Below, in pieces: positions 1 through 9,685 of a DNA stretch of 43,192 nucleotides. Positions within the stretch are counted from its first letter, which is position 1; each line of letters starts with the position of its first letter. This stretch comes from Rhizobiaceae bacterium (lineage in GTDB: Bacteria > Pseudomonadota > Alphaproteobacteria > Rhizobiales > Rhizobiaceae), in the NCBI GenBank assembly GCA_020441805.1, contig JAGRLJ010000114.1, positions 1 to 43,192 of the forward strand, in the 5' to 3' direction. The notes below the pieces were generated by a model. That model was not told the origin of the DNA, searched no databases, and saw only the letters and a list, made by a program, of their open reading frames with translations. A program made the translations under genes and the position numbers.

Positions 1-674
1 TCGCGGCCGGCGAGCGGCGCGCGGTCCTCGGCTCCAACGGTGCCGGCAAGACCACGCTGTTCAACACCATCACCGGGGATTTCCGGCCGACGAGCGGGCA
101 GATCCGGTTTTTCGGCGAGGAGATTACCACGCTCGCCGCTCACGAACGGATCCGGCGCGGACTGCGCCGGACCTACCAGATCTCCCAGCTTTTCGCCCGG
201 CTCTCGGTGCTCGATTCCGTCTATCTGGCCTGTCGCGGCGTCTCGCGGCGGCGGTTTTCGGTGCTCAGGCCCTCGGCCTCCGACGGCGCCATGCAGCAGG
301 CCGAGTCCATCGTCCATGCCGTTCATCTCGATGCCGAGCGCGACATGCTGGTCGGCACGCTGTCGCACGGGCAGCAGCGCCAGCTGGAGATCGGGCTCGC
401 GCTGGCGGGCGCGCCGCGCTTCATTCTCTTCGACGAGCCGGCGGCGGGCCTGTCGCCGACCGAGCGGCGGGATCTCGTGGCGATCCTCAACGCGCTGCCG
501 AAACATATCGGCTACATCATCATCGAGCACGATCTCGACGTCGCGCTCCGGGTCTCCGAATATGTTTCGATGATGCATAATGGGCGGCTGTTCACGGAGG
601 GCACGCCGGAGGAGATCGAGAACGACCCCACGGTCCAGGAAATCTATCTCGGGGGAGGGCACGGACATGGCTAG
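1..674 (+). CDS. ABC transporter ATP-binding subunit, LivG/branched-chain type (5' truncated by the window edge)
   Basis: The frame of ORF 207..674 is open back to position 3 and reads [21 protein letters not shown] (Walker A). It also has the [10 protein letters not shown] signature, ILFDEPAAG (Walker B), IIEHD (H-loop) and a LivG-like C-terminal V..IYLG. Confidence 0.9.
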   Translation, partial: AAGERRAVLGSNGAGKTTLFNTITGDFRPTSGQIRFFGEEITTLAAHERIRRGLRRTYQISQLFARLSVLDSVYLACRGVSRRRFSVLRPSASDGAMQQAESIVHAVHLDAERDMLVGTLSHGQQRQLEIGLALAGAPRFILFDEPAAGLSPTERRDLVAILNALPKHIGYIIIEHDLDVALRVSEYVSMMHNGRLFTEGTPEEIENDPTVQEIYLGGGHGHG

Positions 675-2895
675 GCGACCCGCAAACCAGCCGCGCGCCG
701 CGCTTTCGATCGAGAATCTCCATGTCTATTACGGCGAGGCGCATGTCGTTCAGGGTGTCGACCTGACATTAGCGCAGGGTGTCATGAGCGTGGTCGGCCG
801 CAACGGCATGGGCAAGACCACCCTTTGCAACACGATCACCGGCCTCAAGCGGTCGCGCTCGGGCTCGATCTGGCTCCTGGGCCGCGAGATATCCCGGTTC
901 GAGCCGCACCAGATCCACATGGCGGGCGTCGCCTATGTGCCGCAGGGCCGCCGGGTCTGGCCGAGCCTGTCGGTGGATGAGCATCTCCGGCTCGCCGAGA
1001 CGGGCGGCGCCGATGCCTCCTGGACGCTCGACCGGGTCTACCAGACCTTTCCGCGCCTTCATGAGCGGCGCAACAATGGCGGTTCGCAGCTTTCGGGCGG
1101 CGAGCAGCAGATGCTCGCCATCTCCCGAGCGTTGCTCGCCAATCCGAAGCTGCTCGTCATGGACGAGCCGACCGAGGGCCTGGCGCCGGTCATCGTCGAC
1201 CAGGTGGCGGACATGCTGATCCAGCTCGGCCGCGAGGGCGAGATGGCGATCCTCGTCATCGAGCAGAATATCGGCGTCGCGACCTCGGTGTCCGACACGG
1301 TCGCGATCATGGTGAACGGCCGTATCAACCGGACCATGGAGGCGAGCCTGCTCGCGGCCGACCGCGATCTCCAGCAGCGCCTGCTGGGCGTGGGCCGCCA
1401 TGCCGACGATCCGGTGCCCGCCGAGCCGGCGGCCGGCGACGACCGCGACGCGGAGGCGCGGATCGCCCAGGTCTATGTCGTCGCCCGTGATGGCGCCGGA
1501 CCGGGTGGTCGAACGCCTGAAGGCTCCATCCGCACGACGGGAGCGCTTCCCAACCGGTGGAGCCTGCCCGCCGAGAGCCTGCGGCAGACGCTGGTGGAGG
1601 CGCGCGCGCCGGCCGGCGAGACCGAGGCGCGGAAAGTCTTCGCCATGCCGGCCTCCGAACGCTTCGGCAGGACAGCCTTCGTCTGCGGCACGTTCGACAC
1701 CAAGGGACCGGAACTCAACTATATCCGCGATTGCCTGAAGGCTGTCGGGATCCCCGTGCGCACCGTCGATCTCTCGACCTCGGGCAAGCCGTCGCGCGCC
1801 GACATCACCCCGGCGCAGGTCGCGAGCTATCATCCCGGCGGCGCCTCGGCGGTGTTCGGCGACGATCGCGGCCGGTCCGTATCGGCGATGGCGGAAGCGT
1901 TCGCGCGCTTCATGTCGCTCCAGCGCGGCATCGGCGGCGTGATCTCGGCCGGCGGCTCAGGGGGGACGTCGATCGCCACCGCCGGTATGCGGGCGCTGCC
2001 TGTCGGCCTGCCCAAGGTCATGGTGTCGACGGTCGCCTCGGGCGATACGCGCAGTTATGTCGGCGCTTCCGACATCAACATGTTCCATTCGGTCACCGAC
2101 GTCCAGGGATTGAACGCCATCTCCGAGCGGGTGCTCGGCAATGCCGCGCATGCGCTTGCGGGCATGATCGCGCGGCTGCCGGACGCCGCCGAGCTCGCGG
2201 CGCGGCAGGCGCGCCAGCGGCCGGCCGTCGGCATCACCATGTTCGGCGTCACCACGCCCTGCGTCCAGCAGGTCCAGGCGGCGCTCGAAGCCGATTACGA
2301 CTGCCTCGTCTTCCACGCCACGGGCACCGGCGGCCGCGCCATGGAGGCGCTCGGCCATTCGGGCCTGCTGTCCGGCTTCCTCGACATCACCACGACCGAG
2401 GTCGCCGACATGATCGTGGGCGGCGTCTTTCCCGCCGACGAGAACCGCTTCGGCGCCGCGATCGAGACCGGCCTGCCCTGGGTCGGCTCCTGCGGCGCGC
2501 TCGACATGGTCAATTTCGGCCCGCGCGACACCGTGCCGGCGCGGTTCGACAGCCGCAGGTTCGTCATCCACAATGCCGCCGTCACGCTCATGCGCACGAC
2601 GCCCGAGGAGAACCGGGCATTCGGTGAATGGATCGGCGAGCGCATCAACCGCATGGAAGGGCCGGTGCGCTTCCTCATTCCCGAAGGCGGCGTGTCGATC
2701 CTCGACCGCCCCGGCGCGCCCTTCCACGACCCCGCTGCCGACCGCGCGCTTTTCGAGGCGATCGAGGCGACCGTCCGGCAGACGGCGCGCCGACAGGTGG
2801 TCCGGGTCAACGCCAATATCAATGACGAGGCATTCGCCCGGGCGCTCGTGTCCGCCTTCACCGCGATTGCCGGTCCGATGAGGAGAACTGCCTGA
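667..2895 (+). CDS. Fusion protein: LivF-type ABC ATPase plus C-terminal Tm-1-like ATP-binding (UPF0261) domain
   Basis: ATG at 667 overlaps the end of the previous gene and follows GGAGGG. The N-terminal half has [30 protein letters not shown] and IEQN. The C-terminal half has the UPF0261 motifs [54 protein letters not shown] and GALDMVNF. Confidence 0.88.
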   Translation: MARRPANQPRAALSIENLHVYYGEAHVVQGVDLTLAQGVMSVVGRNGMGKTTLCNTITGLKRSRSGSIWLLGREISRFEPHQIHMAGVAYVPQGRRVWPSLSVDEHLRLAETGGADASWTLDRVYQTFPRLHERRNNGGSQLSGGEQQMLAISRALLANPKLLVMDEPTEGLAPVIVDQVADMLIQLGREGEMAILVIEQNIGVATSVSDTVAIMVNGRINRTMEASLLAADRDLQQRLLGVGRHADDPVPAEPAAGDDRDAEARIAQVYVVARDGAGPGGRTPEGSIRTTGALPNRWSLPAESLRQTLVEARAPAGETEARKVFAMPASERFGRTAFVCGTFDTKGPELNYIRDCLKAVGIPVRTVDLSTSGKPSRADITPAQVASYHPGGASAVFGDDRGRSVSAMAEAFARFMSLQRGIGGVISAGGSGGTSIATAGMRALPVGLPKVMVSTVASGDTRSYVGASDINMFHSVTDVQGLNAISERVLGNAAHALAGMIARLPDAAELAARQARQRPAVGITMFGVTTPCVQQVQAALEADYDCLVFHATGTGGRAMEALGHSGLLSGFLDITTTEVADMIVGGVFPADENRFGAAIETGLPWVGSCGALDMVNFGPRDTVPARFDSRRFVIHNAAVTLMRTTPEENRAFGEWIGERINRMEGPVRFLIPEGGVSILDRPGAPFHDPAADRALFEAIEATVRQTARRQVVRVNANINDEAFARALVSAFTAIAGPMRRTA

Positions 2896-3725
2896 TGCCG
2901 AGATTCGAACGCAAAGCGCTCGTCGAGAAGTTCCAGTGCATGAAGCGCGACCGCGTGCCGATCATCGGCGGCGGCGCCGGCATCGGCCTGTCCGCCAAAT
3001 GCGAGGAGGCCGGCGGCATCGACCTGATCGTGATCTACAATTCCGGCCGCTACCGCATGGCCGGCCGCGGCTCGCTTTCCGGGCTGATGGCCTATGGCAA
3101 TGCCAATGACGTGGTCATGGAAATGGCCCGGGAGATCCTGCCGGTCGTCCGGAAAACGCCGGTGCTGGCCGGCGTCAACGGCACCGATCCGTTCTGCGTG
3201 TTCGACGACTTCCTCCGCCGCCTCAAGGAAATCGGCTTCGCCGGCATCCAGAATTTCCCGACCGTCGGCCTGATCGACGGCACGTTCCGGGCCAATCTCG
3301 AGGAGACCGGCATGTCCTATGGCCAGGAGATCGACCTGATCCGGGCGGCCAATGCTCTCGACATGCTGACGACGCCCTATGTGTTCAACGCCGACGAGGC
3401 GGCGGAAATGGCGCGGGCGGGCGCCGATATCGTCGTCTGCCATCTCGGCCTGACGACCGGCGGTTCGATCGGCGCCGGAACGGCGCTGAAGCTCGAGGAC
3501 TGCCCGGCGCTGGTCGATGCATGGTCGGAAGCCGCACTCAAGGTCAACAAGGATGTGATCGTGCTGGTGCATGGTGGGCCGGTCTCCTCGCCCGAGGATG
3601 CGTCCTACGTGCTCGGCCGGACCCGCAATTGCCACGGCTTCTACGGCGCCTCCTCGATGGAGCGGCTGCCGACCGAAGTGGCCTTGACCGAACAGACCAG
3701 AAAATTCAAGTCGGTGACTTTCTGA
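2895..3725 (+). CDS. TIM-barrel protein, PEP-hydrolase-like / TIM-barrel signal-transduction family (homologous to the C-terminal domain of plant Tm-1)
   Basis: Motifs [45 protein letters not shown] and [12 protein letters not shown]. The start overlaps the upstream stop (TGATG). Confidence 0.88.
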   Translation: MPRFERKALVEKFQCMKRDRVPIIGGGAGIGLSAKCEEAGGIDLIVIYNSGRYRMAGRGSLSGLMAYGNANDVVMEMAREILPVVRKTPVLAGVNGTDPFCVFDDFLRRLKEIGFAGIQNFPTVGLIDGTFRANLEETGMSYGQEIDLIRAANALDMLTTPYVFNADEAAEMARAGADIVVCHLGLTTGGSIGAGTALKLEDCPALVDAWSEAALKVNKDVIVLVHGGPVSSPEDASYVLGRTRNCHGFYGASSMERLPTEVALTEQTRKFKSVTF

Positions 3726-3765
3726 GGCCGGAAGGCCGTCGCCGCAACCATTCATGGAGGAACTC

Positions 3766-5955
3766 ATGTCGGGTGAAATGATCGGAGCGGCCCTTCTCTG
3801 GCTCGTCGTCCTCGTCATCGCCATTATCGTCGTCGTCTACATCCTGCGATGGCTCTACCGCCGCTCGACCAAGGAGATCGCCTTCGTCCGTACCGGCTTT
3901 TTGGGCGAGAAGGTGGTGGTCAACGGCGGTGCTTTCGTCATCCCGGTGCTGCATGAGATCACGCCGGTCAACATGAATGTCATGCGCATCGAGGTGAACC
4001 GTCGCGACGAGCAGGCGCTGATCACCAAGAACAGGATGCGCGTGGATGTCAGCGCCGAATTCTTCGTGCAGGTCGGCTCCAGCCGCGAGGCGGTCGCGGG
4101 GGCCGCGCAGACGCTCGGCAGCCGGACCATGCAGGAGGACGGGCTGAACGGGCTCCTGGAAGGCAAGTTCGTGGCGGCGATGCGCACGGTGGCCGCGCGC
4201 ATGTCGCTCGAGGACATGCACGAGCAGCGCGCCGAATATGCCGAGGCGGTGCGGGAACTGGCCTCGCAGGCGCTCACCCGCAACGGTCTCGAACTCGATG
4301 CGGTGGCGATCGCCGATCTCGACCAGACCGGGCTCGAATTCTTCGATCCCTCGAATGCCTTCGATGCGGAAGGCCTGACCCGGATCACCGAATCCATCGA
4401 GGCCCGCCGCAAGATGCGCAACGAGATCGAGCAGCGCACGCTGGTGGAGATCCGCAACCAGAACATGACCGCCCAGAAGCAGGTTCTCGAAATCGATCGC
4501 GACCAGGAATATGCGCGGCTGGAGCAGGAGCGCGTGCTGGAGATCCGCCGCGCCGCGCAGCGCGCCGAACTCGTCCGCGAGCGCGCGGTGAAAGAGCAGG
4601 AATCGGAAGAGGCCCAGCTTTCCGCCCGCGAGGCGATCGAGAAGGCGCGCCTTGCCCAGGAGCGGGCGATCACCGACGAGCGGATCAAGTCGGAGGAGGA
4701 GACGCAGCGCCGCGAGATCGCGCGGCGTCGCGCGATCGACGAGGCCGAGCTTAAGACCCGCGAACTGACCGAGCGCGAGCAGATCGCGGTCGAGATCGAG
4801 CTGGAAAAGGAGCGGATCGCCCGCAACCTCGAACGGCGCGAACGCGAGATCGCGAGCGAGAAGGCTGTCGAGATCCATGCGCTGGAAGGCCAGATCGTCG
4901 TCGCCAGGAAGGCGGTCGAGCTTGCCCAGGCCGAGGCCGAGAAGCGCCGCAACGAGATCGTGCAGACGCAGATGACCGAAGCCGAGCGCATCGCGCAGGA
5001 ACGGGCGCTGGACGAGGTGCGGATCGAGCGCGAACGCCGCCTCGACGCGCTGCAACTCGCCAAGCGCCAGGCCTTCGAGGAGGCCGAGATCGCGCTTGCC
5101 CAGGAGGTGGAAAGCGCGAGGCTCGAGACGGAACGGGCGATTGCCGAGCTGCGTGTCGCCAAGGACCGTGACATCCGCATGGCCCATGTCGACAGCGACC
5201 GGGCGCTCGAAATCGCCGAGATCGAGAAGGCGGTGGAACTCGCCAGGAAGTCGCAGGAGCGGTCGTCGGCGATCGCTGCCGCCGCCGCCGTCCGGTCCAA
5301 GGCCGTGCAGGCCGAGGAGCAGGCGCTCACCATTCGCGAGAAGGAGATCGCCGAGCGCCGCAAGCTGACCGACCGCATCTCGACCGAGCGCGAGGCGGAG
5401 CGCGAGGCGCTTCTGGTGACTGCGCGCGCCGAGGCGGAGATGCGGGCGGCGAAAAGCCTGGCCGAGGCCCAGAAGATCGCCGCGAGCGCCCGCGCCGAGG
5501 CCGAGAAGATCGCCGCCCTTGCCGCCGCCGAGCGCTACCAGGTGGACGCCGCCGGCCAGCGCGCGCTCAACGAATCCGAAAACGCGCTCTCGGACGAAGC
5601 GCGCCAGGCGCGGATCCGCGAGAAGCTGCTCGAACGGATCGAGGGCATCGTGCGGGAAAGCGTCCGGCCGATGGAGAAGATCGAGGCCATCAAGATCCTG
5701 CATGTCGACGGCATGAACGGCGGCGGCGACGGGCGCAAGAACGTCACCGACGAGGTCATCGATTCCGCCCTCCGCTACCGGGTCCAGGCGCCGATGATCG
5801 ACAATCTCATGAAGGAGATCGGGATCGAGGGCGGCTCGATGGGACGCATGACGGATGTGCTGCGCGACGCCAAGGACATGGCCTCGCTGGTCCAGAAGGC
5901 CGAGGGCCGGAAGACCGAAGGCAAGGACGACCATGACAACGACCGCGATCGCTGA
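3766..5955 (+). CDS. SPFH/band-7 flotillin-like membrane protein (YqiK/FloA-like) with an extended coiled-coil region
   Basis: GGAGG at 3756-3760 precedes ATG 3766. There is an N-terminal TM helix, the SPFH motifs AFVRTG.GE.VV..GGA.V.PVLH, LITK.RMRVDV.AEFFV and LDQT..EFFDP.NAFDAEG, a long E/R/A-rich coiled coil, and a Flot-like tail (VRPMEKIE.IKI, ALRYRVQAP). Confidence 0.88.
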   Translation: MSGEMIGAALLWLVVLVIAIIVVVYILRWLYRRSTKEIAFVRTGFLGEKVVVNGGAFVIPVLHEITPVNMNVMRIEVNRRDEQALITKNRMRVDVSAEFFVQVGSSREAVAGAAQTLGSRTMQEDGLNGLLEGKFVAAMRTVAARMSLEDMHEQRAEYAEAVRELASQALTRNGLELDAVAIADLDQTGLEFFDPSNAFDAEGLTRITESIEARRKMRNEIEQRTLVEIRNQNMTAQKQVLEIDRDQEYARLEQERVLEIRRAAQRAELVRERAVKEQESEEAQLSAREAIEKARLAQERAITDERIKSEEETQRREIARRRAIDEAELKTRELTEREQIAVEIELEKERIARNLERREREIASEKAVEIHALEGQIVVARKAVELAQAEAEKRRNEIVQTQMTEAERIAQERALDEVRIERERRLDALQLAKRQAFEEAEIALAQEVESARLETERAIAELRVAKDRDIRMAHVDSDRALEIAEIEKAVELARKSQERSSAIAAAAAVRSKAVQAEEQALTIREKEIAERRKLTDRISTEREAEREALLVTARAEAEMRAAKSLAEAQKIAASARAEAEKIAALAAAERYQVDAAGQRALNESENALSDEARQARIREKLLERIEGIVRESVRPMEKIEAIKILHVDGMNGGGDGRKNVTDEVIDSALRYRVQAPMIDNLMKEIGIEGGSMGRMTDVLRDAKDMASLVQKAEGRKTEGKDDHDNDRDR

Positions 5956-5965
5956 GGTTTGAGGG

Positions 5966-6409
5966 ATGGCGCGCGTCTATGCTTCCTCCGTCATACCGGC
6001 GCCGGCGTCGGCCGTCTGGAGCCGCATTCGCGATTTCAACGCCTTGCCGCGCTGGACGCCTTTCGTGGCCGAAAGCCGGATCGAGCAGAACCTGCCGTCG
6101 GACAAGGTGGGATGCATCCGCAACTTTTCCCTCAAGGATGGCGGGCGCATCCGCGAGCAGCTGCTCGGCCTGTCGGACTATGACATGAGCTGCACCTATG
6201 CGATCCTCGAAAGCCCGATGGGCGTGACGGACTATATCGCGCGGCTGTCGCTGACGCCGGTGACCGACGGCAACGCCACTTTCGCGCAATGGCAGGCGGA
6301 TTTCGATTGCGACCTGTCGCGGGAGAGGGCGCTTGTCGAGCAGATCGGCGTCCATGTCTTCGCGGCGGCCCTGACCGCGCTCAAGGCGCATTTCGGCGGC
6401 CGGCCCTGA
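5966..6409 (+). CDS. SRPBCC (polyketide cyclase/dehydrase, MxaD-like) ligand-binding protein
   Basis: 147 aa with the pattern VW..IRDFN.LP.W.P, VG..R.F.L..G..IRE.L and Y.A.L.L.PVTDG..TF..W..F. GAGG RBS upstream. Confidence 0.85.
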   Translation: MARVYASSVIPAPASAVWSRIRDFNALPRWTPFVAESRIEQNLPSDKVGCIRNFSLKDGGRIREQLLGLSDYDMSCTYAILESPMGVTDYIARLSLTPVTDGNATFAQWQADFDCDLSRERALVEQIGVHVFAAALTALKAHFGGRP

Positions 6410-7950
6410 TGGCACGAGTCGTCGAAAGCGCCATCCTGGACGTGCCGGTCGAGGAGGCCTGGCGATGGTTGCGCGATTTCAACAGCCACCGGCTCTGGCA
6501 TCCGGCGATTGCGGCGAGCCGGATCGAGGACGACGCGCCGCCGGACGGAGTGGGCGCCGTGCGGACCTTCAGTCTCCGGTCGGGCGGCGAGCTCCGCGAG
6601 CAATTGCTGCGGCTGGACGACGAGGCGCGCGAACTCAGCTATTGCCTGATCGATTCTCCGATTCCGCTGCATGATTATGTCGCGACCATCCGGCTGCGGC
6701 CGGTAACGGATGATGGGCGGACCTTCTGGCAATGGGAGAGCGAATTCGCACCGCCGCCGGAGCGCCGGCGCGAACTTTGCGCTCTGGTCGCCGAGGATAT
6801 CTACAAGGCGGGCATGAAGGCGCTCGAACGCTTCATCCGTGAAAATGCGGTCGTCAAGATCGGGCGAGATCACGCCGAGCCGAAGCCGGGGGATCGCGGG
6901 ATGCCGCAGCCGACGCCTCCTGCACACCATGATCGCGACCTGTCCGGCCGGGATACGGGCACGGGGCCTTCTCTTCCGGCACGGGCGATCATGATGGACC
7001 GCTATGGCGGTCCCGAGGTTCTGGTCGAGCGGCAGGTCACGGTGCCGCCTCCGGGCATGGGCGAAGTTCGGATCCGGCAGAGCCATGTCGGCGTCAACTT
7101 CATCGACGTCTATTGCCGCAGCGGCTATTTCAACCTCGTGACACCGCCCGGCATTCCCGGCATGGAGGCGGCGGGCGAGGTCGAGAGCGTCGGCGCGGGG
7201 GTGACCCATCTGCGCGCCGGCGACCGCGTCGCCTATGCCTGCGCGCCCACCGGCTCCTATGCGAGCCTCAGGACGATGAAGGCCGATCTCGTGGTGCGCC
7301 TGCCCGACAGGCTGACGAACCGGCAGGCGGCGGCCGGCCTGCTCAAGGGTGTGACCGCCGGTTTCCTGCTGCACGACGTCCATGCCGTGCGCGCCGGCGA
7401 GACCGTGGTGGTGCACGCGGCGGCCGGAGGCGCCGGATCGCTGCTCACGCAATGGGCCTCTTCGCTGGGCGCCCATGTCATCGCCACCGTTTCGTCGCCG
7501 GCCAAGGCCGAGGTCGCATGGGCGAACGGCGCGCGCGAGGTCGTCATCGGCCGGGGTGCCGCCTTCGTCGAGCGCGTCCTGGAACTCACCGGCGGCGAGG
7601 GCGCCGACGTGATCTATGACGCTGTGGGTCGCGACAGTTTCCGCGCCTCACTCGATGCGCTTGCCATTCGCGGCCATCTGGTGAGCTACGGCCAGGCGTC
7701 GGGCGATATCGGCGCCGTCGAGATCGGTCCGCTGGCCTCGAAATCCGTCACGCTGTCACGGCCGAATTACGGCCACTTCACCCGTGACCGCGCGATGATG
7801 CAAATGCAGGCCGAGAGGCTCTTCGAAGCCGTGGGCTCGGGCCGGATCACCATCGCAGAGCCCACGGTCCGGTCTCTCGGGGAAGCCGCGCGCGTGCATG
7901 CCGAACTCGAATCGGGTGCGACGACCGGTGCGATCGTGCTGGCGACATAG
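6409..7950 (+). CDS. Fusion protein: SRPBCC domain plus zeta-crystallin-like NADPH:quinone oxidoreductase (MDR family)
   Basis: The start overlaps the upstream stop (TGATG at 6407-6411). The first ~145 aa are paralogous to the upstream SRPBCC. A Pro-rich linker leads into the Qor motifs YGGPEVL, GVNFIDVY.RSG, PG.EAAG.V, VHAAAGG.G, VIYD.VG, LVSYGQASG and TTGAIVL. Confidence 0.85.
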   Translation: MARVVESAILDVPVEEAWRWLRDFNSHRLWHPAIAASRIEDDAPPDGVGAVRTFSLRSGGELREQLLRLDDEARELSYCLIDSPIPLHDYVATIRLRPVTDDGRTFWQWESEFAPPPERRRELCALVAEDIYKAGMKALERFIRENAVVKIGRDHAEPKPGDRGMPQPTPPAHHDRDLSGRDTGTGPSLPARAIMMDRYGGPEVLVERQVTVPPPGMGEVRIRQSHVGVNFIDVYCRSGYFNLVTPPGIPGMEAAGEVESVGAGVTHLRAGDRVAYACAPTGSYASLRTMKADLVVRLPDRLTNRQAAAGLLKGVTAGFLLHDVHAVRAGETVVVHAAAGGAGSLLTQWASSLGAHVIATVSSPAKAEVAWANGAREVVIGRGAAFVERVLELTGGEGADVIYDAVGRDSFRASLDALAIRGHLVSYGQASGDIGAVEIGPLASKSVTLSRPNYGHFTRDRAMMQMQAERLFEAVGSGRITIAEPTVRSLGEAARVHAELESGATTGAIVLAT

Positions 7951-8028
7951 CCGGACATAGGGTCTCATCCCTCTGAAGACCGCCCCGGGCCACTTCCTCC
8001 ACCGCAATCTCCCCGGCTGTGCGAGACG

Positions 8029-9684
8029 TCAACCGGGCCGGAGCGGGGAGCCGGATTGCCGCTCCAGCTGTTCCCGCAATTCCTTCTCGTCCCAATATCC
8101 GATCTTGATACCCGCTTCGATAAAAGGGTCGGTGCCCGGCAGCGGCGTCCGTCTGGCGATGACATCGTCGGCCACGGTGATGCGATTGCGCGGAGCCTCG
8201 TACCAGGAGACGAGCAGGGCCTGCATCCGGGCCAGGATATGACCACAGGCGGGGTTCGTGGCAAGATCCTCCAGCTCCGCCGGATCGTTTTCGAGGTCGA
8301 ACAGGATCGGGCGCATGAAGGGCACATGCACATATTTCCAACGCCGGGTGACGACCATCACCATCCGGCATTCCTGCACGTCCCGTCCGGTCTCGAGCCG
8401 CGCCGTGTCCCAGGCATAGTCGTATTCGGATATGGCGAAGCGCCGCCAATCGACGGTCCGTCCGTGCAGCAACGGCAGGAGCGAGCGGCCCTCCAGCACA
8501 TGCGGCTTGGGATCGCCGCCGAGGAATTCGAGGAATGTCGGCGCGAGATCGATCATTTCCACCAGCGCGTCGGAGACGCCGCCCCGCGTGGTATCGGCGG
8601 CGGCAGCCGGGTCGCAGACGATCAGGGGCACCCGCACCGAAGCGTCGTGAAACATCTGCTTTTCTCCCAGCCAGTGATCGCCGAGATAGTCGCCATGGTC
8701 GGAGGTGAAGACGATCATGGTATTGTCGAGCAGTGCCTGGGCCTCCATGAAGTCGAGGAGGCGGCCGATCTGGTCGTCGATCTGGGTGATGAGGCCCATA
8801 TAGCAGGCGATGACGCGCCGCCGCGCCGTCTCGCTCGCGAAGACGCGGGAATGGCGTTCGTTCTGGAAGGCGGCGTGGAGGGGATGCGGCGCGGTGCGCT
8901 CGGCCTCGCCGCGCAGGACCGGCACGACGTCGTCCGGCCCGTAAAGACCGTGATAGGGCGCCGGCACGATATAGGGCCAGTGCGGTTTGATATAGGAGAG
9001 GTGCAGGCACCAGGGTTCCGGATCGCGTCTGGCCTTGCGCATGAAGTCCATCGCGCGGTCGGTCATATAGGCGGTTTCCGAATGCTCGGCGGGAATGCGC
9101 GCCGGCTTGTCGGCATGGCTGAGCAGCCATCCGTCCAGCGAGGTTCCGTCCGGCCCCCCGGCCGAGGCCGCCCAATATTCCCAGGGGTTGTCGGCGGCGA
9201 AACCATGGTCGCGCAGGTAGCGGTCATAGGCGGTTTCGGGCCGGCCCGTTCCCGGATGCAGCCCGTCGTCCCGTTCGAAGGGCTCGAAGCCGCATTGGGA
9301 TGTCTCGACGCCGATGGGCGAGGCCGGATCGATGCCCAGCCGGCGCATTCCCTCTTCGTCCGGCCGCATATGGGTCTTGCCGGCGAGGACGGTGCGTATC
9401 CCGATCTCCCTGAGATGGCTCCCGAGTGTGGGCTCGCCGATCCTGAGCGGCACGCCGTTCTGGCTCGATCCGTGCGAGCGCACATAGCGACCGGTATAGG
9501 CCGACATGCGCGACGGGCCGCAGATCGTCGATTGGACATAGGCGCGGGAAAAGCGCAGGCCACGCGCCGCGAGCCGGTCGATATTCGGCGTCTTCAGGGT
9601 GGGATGGCCGTAGCAGCCCAGATAGTCGTGCCGCAACTGGTCGCACATGATGAACAGGACGTTGCGCGCGTTCCGCGATGTCAT
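8029..9684 (-). CDS. Sulfatase of the alkaline-phosphatase superfamily (arylsulfatase / phosphonate monoester hydrolase-related clade)
   Basis: N-terminal NVLFIMCDQLR, Cys-type formylglycine motif CGPSR.S..TGRY, HLSYIKPHWPY and TSDHGDYLGDHW.GEK. Confidence 0.9.
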   Translation of the reverse strand: MTSRNARNVLFIMCDQLRHDYLGCYGHPTLKTPNIDRLAARGLRFSRAYVQSTICGPSRMSAYTGRYVRSHGSSQNGVPLRIGEPTLGSHLREIGIRTVLAGKTHMRPDEEGMRRLGIDPASPIGVETSQCGFEPFERDDGLHPGTGRPETAYDRYLRDHGFAADNPWEYWAASAGGPDGTSLDGWLLSHADKPARIPAEHSETAYMTDRAMDFMRKARRDPEPWCLHLSYIKPHWPYIVPAPYHGLYGPDDVVPVLRGEAERTAPHPLHAAFQNERHSRVFASETARRRVIACYMGLITQIDDQIGRLLDFMEAQALLDNTMIVFTSDHGDYLGDHWLGEKQMFHDASVRVPLIVCDPAAAADTTRGGVSDALVEMIDLAPTFLEFLGGDPKPHVLEGRSLLPLLHGRTVDWRRFAISEYDYAWDTARLETGRDVQECRMVMVVTRRWKYVHVPFMRPILFDLENDPAELEDLATNPACGHILARMQALLVSWYEAPRNRITVADDVIARRTPLPGTDPFIEAGIKIGYWDEKELREQLERQSGSPLRPG

Positions 9685-9685
9685 G

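Noticed and set aside
3706-5934. 742-aa and 507-aa minus-strand ORFs
   Set aside because: They are antisense shadows of the flotillin, expected from high-GC codon bias, and carry no motifs.
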